64,000 nt of DNA from an uncultured virus (IMG/VR IMGVR_UViG_3300020048_000035) (lineage: Duplodnaviria > Heunggongvirae > Uroviricota > Caudoviricetes), in IMG/VR virus record IMGVR_UViG_3300020048_000035; one strand, written 5' to 3'. The translations under genes were made by a program, and so were the position numbers. The notes under the pieces were generated by a model that worked only from the letters and a program-made list of their open reading frames with translations, was not told where the DNA came from and made no database searches. Within the stretch, counting starts at the first letter, position 1. Each line of letters opens with the position of its first letter. Shown piece after piece: positions 31,002 to 39,401 of the stretch.

Positions 31002-31382
31002 ATGAACAAAGAACTTTTTGAGAAACTAAGCGAGAAATATCCGTTTATAACGCTATGTGTATATTCTTCCCAAGAATATGTTGGTATTATACAAAATCGT
31101 GATGATGCTATCACCACAATTTACGATTTTGGTAGCATCGTCAATCTAGAAGTAAAACAGCTTTTTTTAGAATTAGCCAATGTTTGGTGGTGGGAAAGCA
31201 ATAGATCCATACCAATTAATATATTTCTTAAAAAAGAATGGGAACCATTCCGTGTATATATACGAACATTTGCCAATAAAGATTTGGAAATCATACATGG
31301 ACCGGTGTGTAGTTTAGCTGAAATTGCCCGTAAAAAATCTAAGCGTAAATCCATTACTCTTGTGCGCCGGATGCCGGACTAA
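31002..31382 (+). CDS. Conserved hypothetical phage protein
   Basis: MNKELFEKL start; WWWESNRSIPINIFL motif. Confidence 0.75.
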   Translation: MNKELFEKLSEKYPFITLCVYSSQEYVGIIQNRDDAITTIYDFGSIVNLEVKQLFLELANVWWWESNRSIPINIFLKKEWEPFRVYIRTFANKDLEIIHGPVCSLAEIARKKSKRKSITLVRRMPD

Positions 31383-31944
31383 TTTCATCCAGTAAATTCA
31401 TGTGTAGTCCAACAAGTACTGAATAGCCGATTGAATGACTATGTTTGAATACAAAGCCTCTGCTGTCATCTCCATCCCAAACTGATTGAAATACTTCTGA
31501 CCAAGTACAATTTTGTAAATGTGCCTTGCCCGGTCTTATAATAGCTATGAACGCTGCCATTCTAGTGATACTGTCAGGTTTCATCTTGACCAATAAACTA
31601 GTATAATTCCCAATATGAACTAACTGGGTTGCCCATTTTGGATCAGTCCATAAACGTTCCCATGGTGGTTCTTTATTCAACAGTTTATCGTAGTGTTCCT
31701 GTGATTTAATAAGTTGATAAACAGACATATTTAATAAATCAATCTTAAAATACCCTCGTTTTTCGGCAGTTTCATAATCTATTGCGGCACATTGGTTGAT
31801 AGGATCATACGGAATTTCCGTTGGGTAAACTCCGCTATTGTGTTTTCTTACAGTACCTTGTGTCAATTGTCGTGCGTGAACAACATCAATTAACGATAGC
31901 AGTTGATTTCTATCTGCTAAATCTAAGTCAATATCTGCTGACAT
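31354..31944 (-). CDS. Miniature DNA polymerase III alpha (DnaE)-like catalytic core
   Basis: DIDLD, HNSGVY, GYFKIDLL, IIRPG, FKHSHSIGY match C-family polymerase motifs; only 196 aa. Confidence 0.8.
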   Translation of the reverse strand: MSADIDLDLADRNQLLSLIDVVHARQLTQGTVRKHNSGVYPTEIPYDPINQCAAIDYETAEKRGYFKIDLLNMSVYQLIKSQEHYDKLLNKEPPWERLWTDPKWATQLVHIGNYTSLLVKMKPDSITRMAAFIAIIRPGKAHLQNCTWSEVFQSVWDGDDSRGFVFKHSHSIGYSVLVGLHMNLLDEISPASGAQE

Positions 31945-32618
31945 TACCAACCAGCCTTTTTAAGTAAATTTTGTGCGTCAACACAAGTATCATGATCTTG
32001 TTTTAATTTTGCCATCCAGATATCAGGATTAATATAAGGCCACACGATGGTCTGATGTTCTGTACTCATTTCTGATAAAAATTTTTGACCTGATTCAGAA
32101 TTATATAGTACCCAAGGGCTAATTCTTCCTGTAATAATAGCCTGTATTATAGCATTATGATTGCCATATCGTAGGTAATCATGGGATGGAGATCCTTTTT
32201 CTTCACCCCATGCTATCGTATGTTCAATAGATCTAGCCAATGCATCTTCCATTGCTTCCACAGTAAGATAAAACAACAGATATTCTTCGTATAGCTTGTC
32301 ACTACACCAATAGTCTAATTTTTTATTTTGTTTTAGTATCCATTCTGTAAATCTTATAGGATTAATAACTCTAGTAGTAGCACAATATCTTCCAAATTTT
32401 ACAAAAGCCTTGTAGTACGGACTTGAAGAAAAATCATCATATGTTTTTACCTTGGAAGATCCTTGGGTTATTTCGTAAAATTTTAAATAAGAATGAAATC
32501 CCAATCTAACACCAGCCTCGTTTTTTTCTTGATATCTCTTTTTTTGTTCGCATAGGTGCACAACCAAACTATTTGGTCGTGCGAAAGATCGTTTGCAATA
32601 TTGGCAAATATGACTCAT
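31944..32618 (-). CDS. Zn-finger protein in replication cluster
   Basis: N-terminal CQYC..HLC. Confidence 0.7.
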   Translation of the reverse strand: MSHICQYCKRSFARPNSLVVHLCEQKKRYQEKNEAGVRLGFHSYLKFYEITQGSSKVKTYDDFSSSPYYKAFVKFGRYCATTRVINPIRFTEWILKQNKKLDYWCSDKLYEEYLLFYLTVEAMEDALARSIEHTIAWGEEKGSPSHDYLRYGNHNAIIQAIITGRISPWVLYNSESGQKFLSEMSTEHQTIVWPYINPDIWMAKLKQDHDTCVDAQNLLKKAGW

Positions 32619-32839
32619 TCTACCTTTTCAAAGTGTCGTTCTAATTTGTTATCAATGATATATTTCCATATGTCTGCTAGAAAACCTAAGCAAAACACCG
32701 GTAATAATTTTGCCACTTCATGTGCTGTGATATGTTTTGCTGGTTTGTATCGCCACCTAGCACCATCGGAATCTAAGAAAACAACTTCTTTATTGTCAGG
32801 AACTACAGGTGCTTCTTTTTTCTTTAAAAACCAAATCAT
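32615..32839 (-). CDS. Hypothetical protein
   Basis: 74 aa, ATGA overlaps. Confidence 0.55.
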   Translation of the reverse strand: MIWFLKKKEAPVVPDNKEVVFLDSDGARWRYKPAKHITAHEVAKLLPVFCLGFLADIWKYIIDNKLERHFEKVE

Positions 32840-33282
32840 TTTTTTGTCCCATATCCTAAATCTTTCATATACTTCTCAATATCTTTTTTAGTGTTTATTG
32901 TTGCCATCAAATCAAGTGAGTCATCCGCTAAATGAGGGAATAGCTCACCAAGTTGTTTTCTAATACCAGTATCAACAGCTGCTTTCTTTTTAGTAGAAAT
33001 CCAATTATGCCGTTGTACTCCCATTCCTGGACTTACAGTCGTAGCGCATAACCATTGTAACTTAGGATGTTTATTGATATTGAAGAAGTGTTTATTCAAG
33101 CGTTCATTGGTTGCTAGCAAATAGTATTCTTGGAATTCTTTACTTCCACTTACACTACTTCCCCATCTGATCATTAAGTAATTGCTAAACTTTCTACGTT
33201 CTTCTTCTGTCAGACTATCGTAAAAATCACGATCCTTGGAATCAAAACACGCCATTTCATTAGCAATACTAAGTTTATCCAC
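32836..33282 (-). CDS. Putative clamp-loader small subunit (gp62-like)
   Basis: FSNYLMIRWGS..N..HPKLQW..WI pattern; replication context. Confidence 0.6.
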   Translation of the reverse strand: MDKLSIANEMACFDSKDRDFYDSLTEEERRKFSNYLMIRWGSSVSGSKEFQEYYLLATNERLNKHFFNINKHPKLQWLCATTVSPGMGVQRHNWISTKKKAAVDTGIRKQLGELFPHLADDSLDLMATINTKKDIEKYMKDLGYGTKK

Positions 33283-33508
33283 GAGTAATTTTTCCTGCTA
33301 ATTCGCTGATTTGATCTTTAAGACGAGTAATGTCACGCCGCATTTTATCAATAATTTTTACATTAGCTTCATTTGCTGCTTGAAGATTCTTTACCATACT
33401 CTCTAAGTCTACTACCATTTTTTCCTTAACTGCCATTCTGTTAGGAGCAACTGGAGTATCACCTGGATCATATTGATCACTAGTCTTATTTGCTGTTATC
33501 TTTGCCAT
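33275..33508 (-). CDS. Coiled-coil hypothetical protein
   Basis: MAKITANK start; heptad pattern. Confidence 0.55.
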   Translation of the reverse strand: MAKITANKTSDQYDPGDTPVAPNRMAVKEKMVVDLESMVKNLQAANEANVKIIDKMRRDITRLKDQISELAGKITRG

Positions 33509-33509
33509 G

Positions 33510-34010
33510 TTAGAATGACTTCCCATAGTTAACTATTTCACATGTGCGACTAATATCCTTGACAAAGTAAACACATTCTGGTTTAGTACCTTCACTCAAT
33601 GGAACACATAGTAGCTGACCATTTTTAAGTTTTGGAGCATACCATGCTACATCCTGATATACATCTAGAATTTCAACATCCAAAAAACTTGGCCTAAAAC
33701 TAGTTAGTGGATTAAATTGAAATGCTTGAAATCCCCTGTCATTAAGAGCTGATAGTGGAATAACCTCTAGATCACCGGCAGCTGGATCACCAATAAGTAA
33801 TTGCCAATCTACCGGCATGCGAATTTTATATTCGCCTATCTGTAGCACCAGTGCTGGACTGTTGAAACTTTCTAAGAAGATTAATGGGATATAATGATAG
33901 TCTGGGTCTTGCGGATTGGAATTATCTAAAATAGCAAACCGCATATCATCTATTTCTTCTGGAAGATGATCTAATTCATAATACTCGTTGTCAAGGGTTA
34001 ATATACGCAT
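33510..34010 (-). CDS. Conserved hypothetical phage protein
   Basis: 166 aa; PLIFLESFNSPA. Confidence 0.75.
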   Translation of the reverse strand: MRILTLDNEYYELDHLPEEIDDMRFAILDNSNPQDPDYHYIPLIFLESFNSPALVLQIGEYKIRMPVDWQLLIGDPAAGDLEVIPLSALNDRGFQAFQFNPLTSFRPSFLDVEILDVYQDVAWYAPKLKNGQLLCVPLSEGTKPECVYFVKDISRTCEIVNYGKSF

Positions 34011-34016
34011 GTTGTT

Positions 34017-34045
34017 ATTTTACAATATAATTTGGTGTATGGCAA
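34017..34045 (-). promoter_or_regulatory. Sigma70 promoter, leaderless
   Basis: TTGCCA-17-TAAAAT, 6 nt before ATG 34010. Confidence 0.7.
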
Positions 34046-34050
34046 GTACT

Positions 34051-35479
34051 TTATTTCCATTCTAGTTTCTCCTGAGTGAAGGGATAATTTGCTTCATTGT
34101 AAAACTGTTTTCTTTTAGTTAGATGTCGCTTGGCAAATTTACAAGTTGATGTTACGTCCCAGATCTGTACATGATCTTTGTCTTCGGCCTTTCTAATACC
34201 TCTACCAATACTTTGAATTACCCTAACAAAAGATTTGCCAGGCTCAACAAGTACCAAATTAAAGATGCGAGGAATATTGATTCCAACAGCGGCAACACCG
34301 TAAGTTGCCACGATAATCTTATCTGTGCTAGTTGCGACTTCATTATATTCTTCATCTCTTTTAGTTCCCTTGGTTGCTCCGCTAACAAAAACGGCTTGAT
34401 CTCCTAGTAATTCCACAAGTAAATGACCTGCGGCCACTCTGTCTACTAGTACTAATGTATTGCCTGTTAAGTTTACTTTAGCAATAAGTCTGGACATAGT
34501 TTCTAGTCGTTTCTTGTCTTCTAATAAAAATTTTAGTTCGCTTTGATAGTTACTAAAATCGGCATGATCAACCATCTGTACAATATTTACATGACACTGT
34601 GCCAGTACTCCGCGATCTTGTAGTTCGCTGGCTGATAATTGGTTGATAACTGAGCCTAGACTACATTTTAATGCTTGAAATTCAAATGGTTCCTTGGGTA
34701 CTGTTCCTGTTAGTCCCCAACGAATTGGTATATGTCCCATCACTGTAGTAAGCAATGTTTTAAGAGCATCAGCTTTTGCCATATGAACTTCGTCAACCAT
34801 AACACATACAACATCTTGTAAAAATGAACCCATGGTTGTCCATGCTACTACATCATCTTTACTATTTTTCATTAGTACATTTAGCGATTGCCATGTACAG
34901 ATAGTATGTGTTTTACCTAACTCTTTACGATCACCAAAGTATACACCAACATCTAGCCCTAGCCCCTTATAATCTTTTTCAGTTTGCGTGACAAGAGATT
35001 TGTTTGGTACAATTACAATAGTTCNNNNNNNNNNTTTTTCCAGCGCCCGTAGCAATTTCTTGTATCGACTGTGGATTTTTTAAAAAGTTATTGATAATTT
35101 CAACTTGGTAATCTCGTAGCATGATAGGCTGTCCAGCCATAGGATGATTATCTGGCCAATTAATATGAGAAAATGAATTTTCATTTACTTGCTCAAATGT
35201 AAAATTAGTTGAGTAATCTCTTTGATCATCAAGTTGAATATCATAATTATAATTTTCCAATATCGGTATAATTTCAGGAAGTAAGTTAGTGTATGTACTG
35301 CCGCCTAACTGAAAGTACGCTACTTTTCCATCCCATCTACCAAGTCTGACAGATGGATTATACCGTGCGCCGGGTATTTCATATTTGAAAGTATTGACTA
35401 ACTTCTTGCGAGCATCCAGCTCAAGTCCTTCAATCTTAATATTAACTTCGTCTTTAATTACAATTGTAGCTGTTTTCAT
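34051..35479 (-). CDS. uvsW: SF2 helicase UvsW (spans N gap 35025-35034)
   Basis: LRDYQ, ATGAGK, DEVH, GLTGT, QSIGRGIR. Confidence 0.92.
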
Positions 35480-35501
35480 TTTTATATGTTTTCATGTTGT
35501 T

Positions 35502-35530
35502 ATAATACCACATTTACTATAATAAGTCAA
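35502..35530 (-). promoter_or_regulatory. Sigma70 promoter upstream of uvsW
   Basis: TTGACT-17-TATTAT. Confidence 0.7.
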
Positions 35531-35561
35531 AAAAAACAGGTGTCTTTTTAAAGGACACCTG
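35529..35561 (-). terminator. Intrinsic terminator
   Basis: CAGGTGTC..GACACCTG stem followed by T8. Confidence 0.85.
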
Positions 35562-35647
35562 ATAAAATGCATCGCCTGAGCGATACAGGAGCTACCTTTT
35601 ACTTATACTCCAATTGGCGTATAGTTATATTTTTAACTGACATACTA

Positions 35648-36397
35648 TTATGTATTCATTCTACTTAAACTTTTGGTTAACCAAGGAAGAACCAAATCTT
35701 TCTGATCTAAATATCCTTTTGCTAGTATTGATTTATCTGCTGAATCTGGTAATAATTTTGCATCCACCAGATCATATAGACGTGTTTTTTTCAAATCAAA
35801 AGGAGCTTGTTCACTTTTATACACCACTATATGTAACCAATTATCAGTAGGATCTTTTTTAAAGAATCCTGTTTTACAATCCCACCCAGTAATAGCAAGC
35901 ATATGAATAAGATTTACAATGGTATAATGATAATAACATCCATCTCGTTGAATAAAATCCAAATTTTTTTGATGAATATTAGTTGTTTGTGGAATAGTTA
36001 ATGCTAACATTGCCCCCTCAGAACTGATATCACGCCAATTAATTAAAGTTTGTATTGGATTGGTGACATATTGGAACGCATCATGACACCAAAGAATATC
36101 AAATTTATCCTTAGCGGTATGTATTTTTTCTTCAAAATCAATTCTTTGATATGTTATATTAGGATAATCAACGGCAATAGGAAGTCTATTGAGAACATCT
36201 ATACCTTGGCATTTAATGTTAAGCTTAGTACGGCGGTCATCTCGCGTAGTTCTAGTTGCCCACCATATTAAATCTTTACCAGTTCCACAGCCTAAATCAG
36301 CAACTGTTTTTATAGACATCATAAAGTCATCGTACTCGTACAATTGATTTAGAGTCTGTAGACTGTGCTGGTGTGATTCTTCTTCGTTTCTAAACAT
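35648..36397 (-). CDS. Class I SAM-dependent methyltransferase
   Basis: VADLGCGTG, FDILWCHDAFQY. Confidence 0.85.
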   Translation of the reverse strand: MFRNEEESHQHSLQTLNQLYEYDDFMMSIKTVADLGCGTGKDLIWWATRTTRDDRRTKLNIKCQGIDVLNRLPIAVDYPNITYQRIDFEEKIHTAKDKFDILWCHDAFQYVTNPIQTLINWRDISSEGAMLALTIPQTTNIHQKNLDFIQRDGCYYHYTIVNLIHMLAITGWDCKTGFFKKDPTDNWLHIVVYKSEQAPFDLKKTRLYDLVDAKLLPDSADKSILAKGYLDQKDLVLPWLTKSLSRMNT

Positions 36398-36398
36398 A

Positions 36399-36851
36399 TT
36401 ATACCTGTACGTCTTCCATTCCTGCTGCCCTAAGTCTAACAACATGCCCTAACATAAAGTTTTTTGACTCAAGTCCTTTCATAATACCTAGATAACGATT
36501 TCTTAATAAGGCTACTTCATTTATAAGTGTTTCAAAATCAATAACTTCATCTTCACCATCAGTGTACTTTTCAGCATCTCTACTAGTTAAAGCACGAGCA
36601 TAACCTTCTAGGTATTTTTGAAAATGTTTTCTTCGTATTTTCCGTAATTGGACGTTAAGATAGTTTAATACAGCTTCAATTTCTTGTAATTGATTAAATC
36701 TATGCTCGGTAATGCCAGGTAATCCAGTAATATTTTTTTCAATAAGACCGACTACTTGGCATTCCTTTTTGGCATTGGCAAGTTCAGTGTAATAGTGTGC
36801 CATAAAATCTGGAATAGCACCTAAGTTAGCTGTGACTCGGCTATACCACAT
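36399..36851 (-). CDS. uvsY: Recombination mediator UvsY-like
   Basis: 150 aa helical; near uvsX; C-terminal LRAAGMED. Confidence 0.75.
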   Translation of the reverse strand: MWYSRVTANLGAIPDFMAHYYTELANAKKECQVVGLIEKNITGLPGITEHRFNQLQEIEAVLNYLNVQLRKIRRKHFQKYLEGYARALTSRDAEKYTDGEDEVIDFETLINEVALLRNRYLGIMKGLESKNFMLGHVVRLRAAGMEDVQV

Positions 36852-36853
36852 GA

Positions 36854-37102
36854 TTAGTCCTCATAATCATTATCGTCGTAATAATCGTCTTCTTCTTCTT
36901 CATCTTCTTGATGATCTTTAAGATAACTTGCAATTGCCCGTTTAATATCTGCTTCGCCTTTAAAAGCATCTTTAATATCATCCGCAGAAATATCATTGTC
37001 AATTAATACTGATACTAATGTTTCTGCTGCTTCGTCACGATCAACTACGTTGATAAATCGCTTCAACTCATTATAAATTTCTCTTGATAACTCTACTGAC
37101 AT
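36854..37102 (-). CDS. Acidic-tailed hypothetical protein
   Basis: 82 aa between uvsX and uvsY. Confidence 0.7.
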   Translation of the reverse strand: MSVELSREIYNELKRFINVVDRDEAAETLVSVLIDNDISADDIKDAFKGEADIKRAIASYLKDHQEDEEEEDDYYDDNDYED

Positions 37103-37104
37103 TT

Positions 37105-38163
37105 TTATTCCTCCACTTGTATGTCATCAGTACTTACGATTTCTTGATGTTTTCCAAAATTTTCCATAATTTTGTCTAGACAGCCATCCTCGTTAGCTTC
37201 CCATTTCTTTCTGAATAATTTAATTACTTCGCCGTCTGGAGTGGTAAAAACTAGGCTATTGCCTTCTTTCTTTAACATACCCCGTTTTTCGGCTAAGTCT
37301 ACCATACCGCTATATGGATTCATCCCAGTTTCATAAGGAATCTTGATCTGCATACCTTCAAATGGTTTTGCGTATCGTGTTTTCATTACTTTACATCCAG
37401 CACGAATACCCATAACATCAGAGATTTTATTGCCATCTTCATCTTCTTTTAACTTCATTTTCTTCATAGCAACAACAATACTAGAAGCATAGATAAAGCC
37501 TTGTCCACCTGAGATTTTGTCATCTGGGTCAAACATATCTTGGCTTGCGTAAGTATGATTAGTACATACCAATCCCAAGTTATAGCTACCAAACATGTTT
37601 ACACAGTTACGAACCAATGCGGTTAGTGCCTTTGGTTTACGACCCATGTCACCTTTCATATCACCATCATCAAATTGCTTAACATCCGTTGGTGTTAGTA
37701 ACATTCCTAACGAGTCAACTACAAATAAAACCTTTGGTCTTTCGCCATCAGGTAGAGCTTTGTAATCGCTAATGAATGTAGCGATTGTTTTGGCTACATC
37801 ATCTATCATAGCCATATTAAGTTTAAGTAATTTGCTTGGGTCAGTATCAACACCCAATGCTTGTAGCCATGCTTCATCAAGCGCATTCTCGGTATCAATC
37901 AATACAACGTAGATACCTTGTTCTTGAGCATTTTTAACAATATTACCTGAACAAATATAACTTTTACCAGCACCAGATTCACCTGCGAATACTGTTACTT
38001 TTCCCAATGGAATACCACGATTAAAGTCACCACTGATAAGATAGTTTAAGGCGTAGTTGCCTGTGGAAATCCAATCAGTCGGATCATTGAATCCTATTGA
38101 CATACCTTCAATTGATTTGGTAATGTCTTTTCTAAATTTACTAAAGTCATAGGGCTTAGCCAT
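37105..38163 (-). CDS. uvsX: RecA-like recombinase UvsX
   Basis: GESGAGKS, DTENA, VVDSLG, SGGQG. Confidence 0.93.
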   Translation of the reverse strand: MAKPYDFSKFRKDITKSIEGMSIGFNDPTDWISTGNYALNYLISGDFNRGIPLGKVTVFAGESGAGKSYICSGNIVKNAQEQGIYVVLIDTENALDEAWLQALGVDTDPSKLLKLNMAMIDDVAKTIATFISDYKALPDGERPKVLFVVDSLGMLLTPTDVKQFDDGDMKGDMGRKPKALTALVRNCVNMFGSYNLGLVCTNHTYASQDMFDPDDKISGGQGFIYASSIVVAMKKMKLKEDEDGNKISDVMGIRAGCKVMKTRYAKPFEGMQIKIPYETGMNPYSGMVDLAEKRGMLKKEGNSLVFTTPDGEVIKLFRKKWEANEDGCLDKIMENFGKHQEIVSTDDIQVEE

Positions 38164-38190
38164 TTATAATCCTTTTTATTTTTTAATGCT

Positions 38191-38220
38191 AATAATACAG
38201 GGAGTGAACCCTGTATTATT
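38191..38220 (-). terminator. Hairpin after gp32 (terminator or stabiliser)
   Basis: AATAATACAGGG-6 nt-CCCTGTATTATT, 12-bp stem, weak U tract. Confidence 0.6.
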
Positions 38221-38226
38221 GATGGC

Positions 38227-39240
38227 TTAGTGCTTAGGCCTTTGACGTGCTCGAATCATAGCCAAAATATCTTGTGCTTTGTCCGAGGATGGTGCTGATG
38301 TAGATACAGGAGCAGATGCTGCTGGAATATCGTCATCGTCATCAAAACTACTTGAAGGTTTTGCTGGAGCTGCTTTGGCTGCTGGTACAAATTCTTCATC
38401 ATCATCAACAGATCCAGTATTAGCTACTGAATTAGATTGTGATGATCCTGCCGGTGATTGTAACCCTGCTGGACGGAAGTATTGACCCCAACGCTCTGTA
38501 TCATAGCTTTGACCGTCAACAGAAGCTTCAAACATTTCTTTCATAACGTTGATTTCAACTTCAGTTGGACGCTTAGGAAGGAATGATGAAAGGTCAAATA
38601 ACCCATATTTTTCAACAGCTTCTTGTTCAGCTTCTGTAAGTGCTGTCTCTTTACGAGCCCATTTAGAGCTGCTATAATCAGCAAATCCACCCTTGGTACC
38701 TTTACTAATACGGAAGTCTAACCCACGGAGGTAATCTGTTGGGATTTCTTCCATATCTGGATCCATCAATGCTGACTTGACCGAAGTAAAAATTTGTGGT
38801 CCAATAATGAAACGACGGATTGGATTTTCTGGAGTCTTGTCGTCGGCAAGAGGATTCTCACGAACAAAGCCTTGGAAAATATAATCACGCTTTTTCCAAT
38901 ATTTACGACCAAGTTCTTCCATTGATTTATCCTTGAACCAAGTGCGAACTTCTGATAAAATAGGGCATGTATCACCCCACATTTCTATACATGGGACACG
39001 AACTTGTACTTGTTTTGATTCTGTTTGCCCTTTAATTCCAGCGAATGGAAGACGGATCATGGCACGTTCTTGCCAAAAGAATGTGTTTTTTGTGTTACCA
39101 TCTGGAAGAAAACGTAATACTACGGCGGAGCCTTCTGCAATGTTCCAATGTGGATAAATTGAGTTGTCGCCTTGTGATTGATTGCTTTGTTTGTTATCTG
39201 CTTGTGCTAAACGAGCACGAATTTCTGCTAAAGATGCCAT
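38227..39240 (-). CDS. gp32: Single-stranded DNA-binding protein (T4 gp32-like)
   Basis: LRFLPDG, PCIEMWGDTCP, YWKKR, acidic C-terminal tail. Confidence 0.9.
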   Translation of the reverse strand: MASLAEIRARLAQADNKQSNQSQGDNSIYPHWNIAEGSAVVLRFLPDGNTKNTFFWQERAMIRLPFAGIKGQTESKQVQVRVPCIEMWGDTCPILSEVRTWFKDKSMEELGRKYWKKRDYIFQGFVRENPLADDKTPENPIRRFIIGPQIFTSVKSALMDPDMEEIPTDYLRGLDFRISKGTKGGFADYSSSKWARKETALTEAEQEAVEKYGLFDLSSFLPKRPTEVEINVMKEMFEASVDGQSYDTERWGQYFRPAGLQSPAGSSQSNSVANTGSVDDDEEFVPAAKAAPAKPSSSFDDDDDIPAASAPVSTSAPSSDKAQDILAMIRARQRPKH

Positions 39241-39306
39241 TTTAAGATGCCTTTTAAGTTATAAAATGTGATGCCTATCTAAATTATTATTAGATTATTC
39301 GTTGCC

Positions 39307-39339
39307 TACCCAGTAAATTATACACATCTGGGTATGTGT
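39307..39339 (-). promoter_or_regulatory. H-type RNA pseudoknot in the gp32 leader
   Basis: ACACAU-A-CCCAG-AUGUGU-AUAAUUUA-CUGGG(UA): S1 6 bp, L1 one A, S2 5 bp, L2 8 nt. Confidence 0.7.
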
Positions 39340-39394
39340 TTACTAATAAAATGGTAAACTTAATTTAGTAAATTTACCATTTCATGTTACGTTC

Positions 39395-39400
39395 TATTTA
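39395..39400 (-). promoter_or_regulatory. Late promoter core for gp32
   Basis: ATAAATA, about 155 nt upstream of ATG. Confidence 0.6.
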
Positions 39401-39401
39401 T

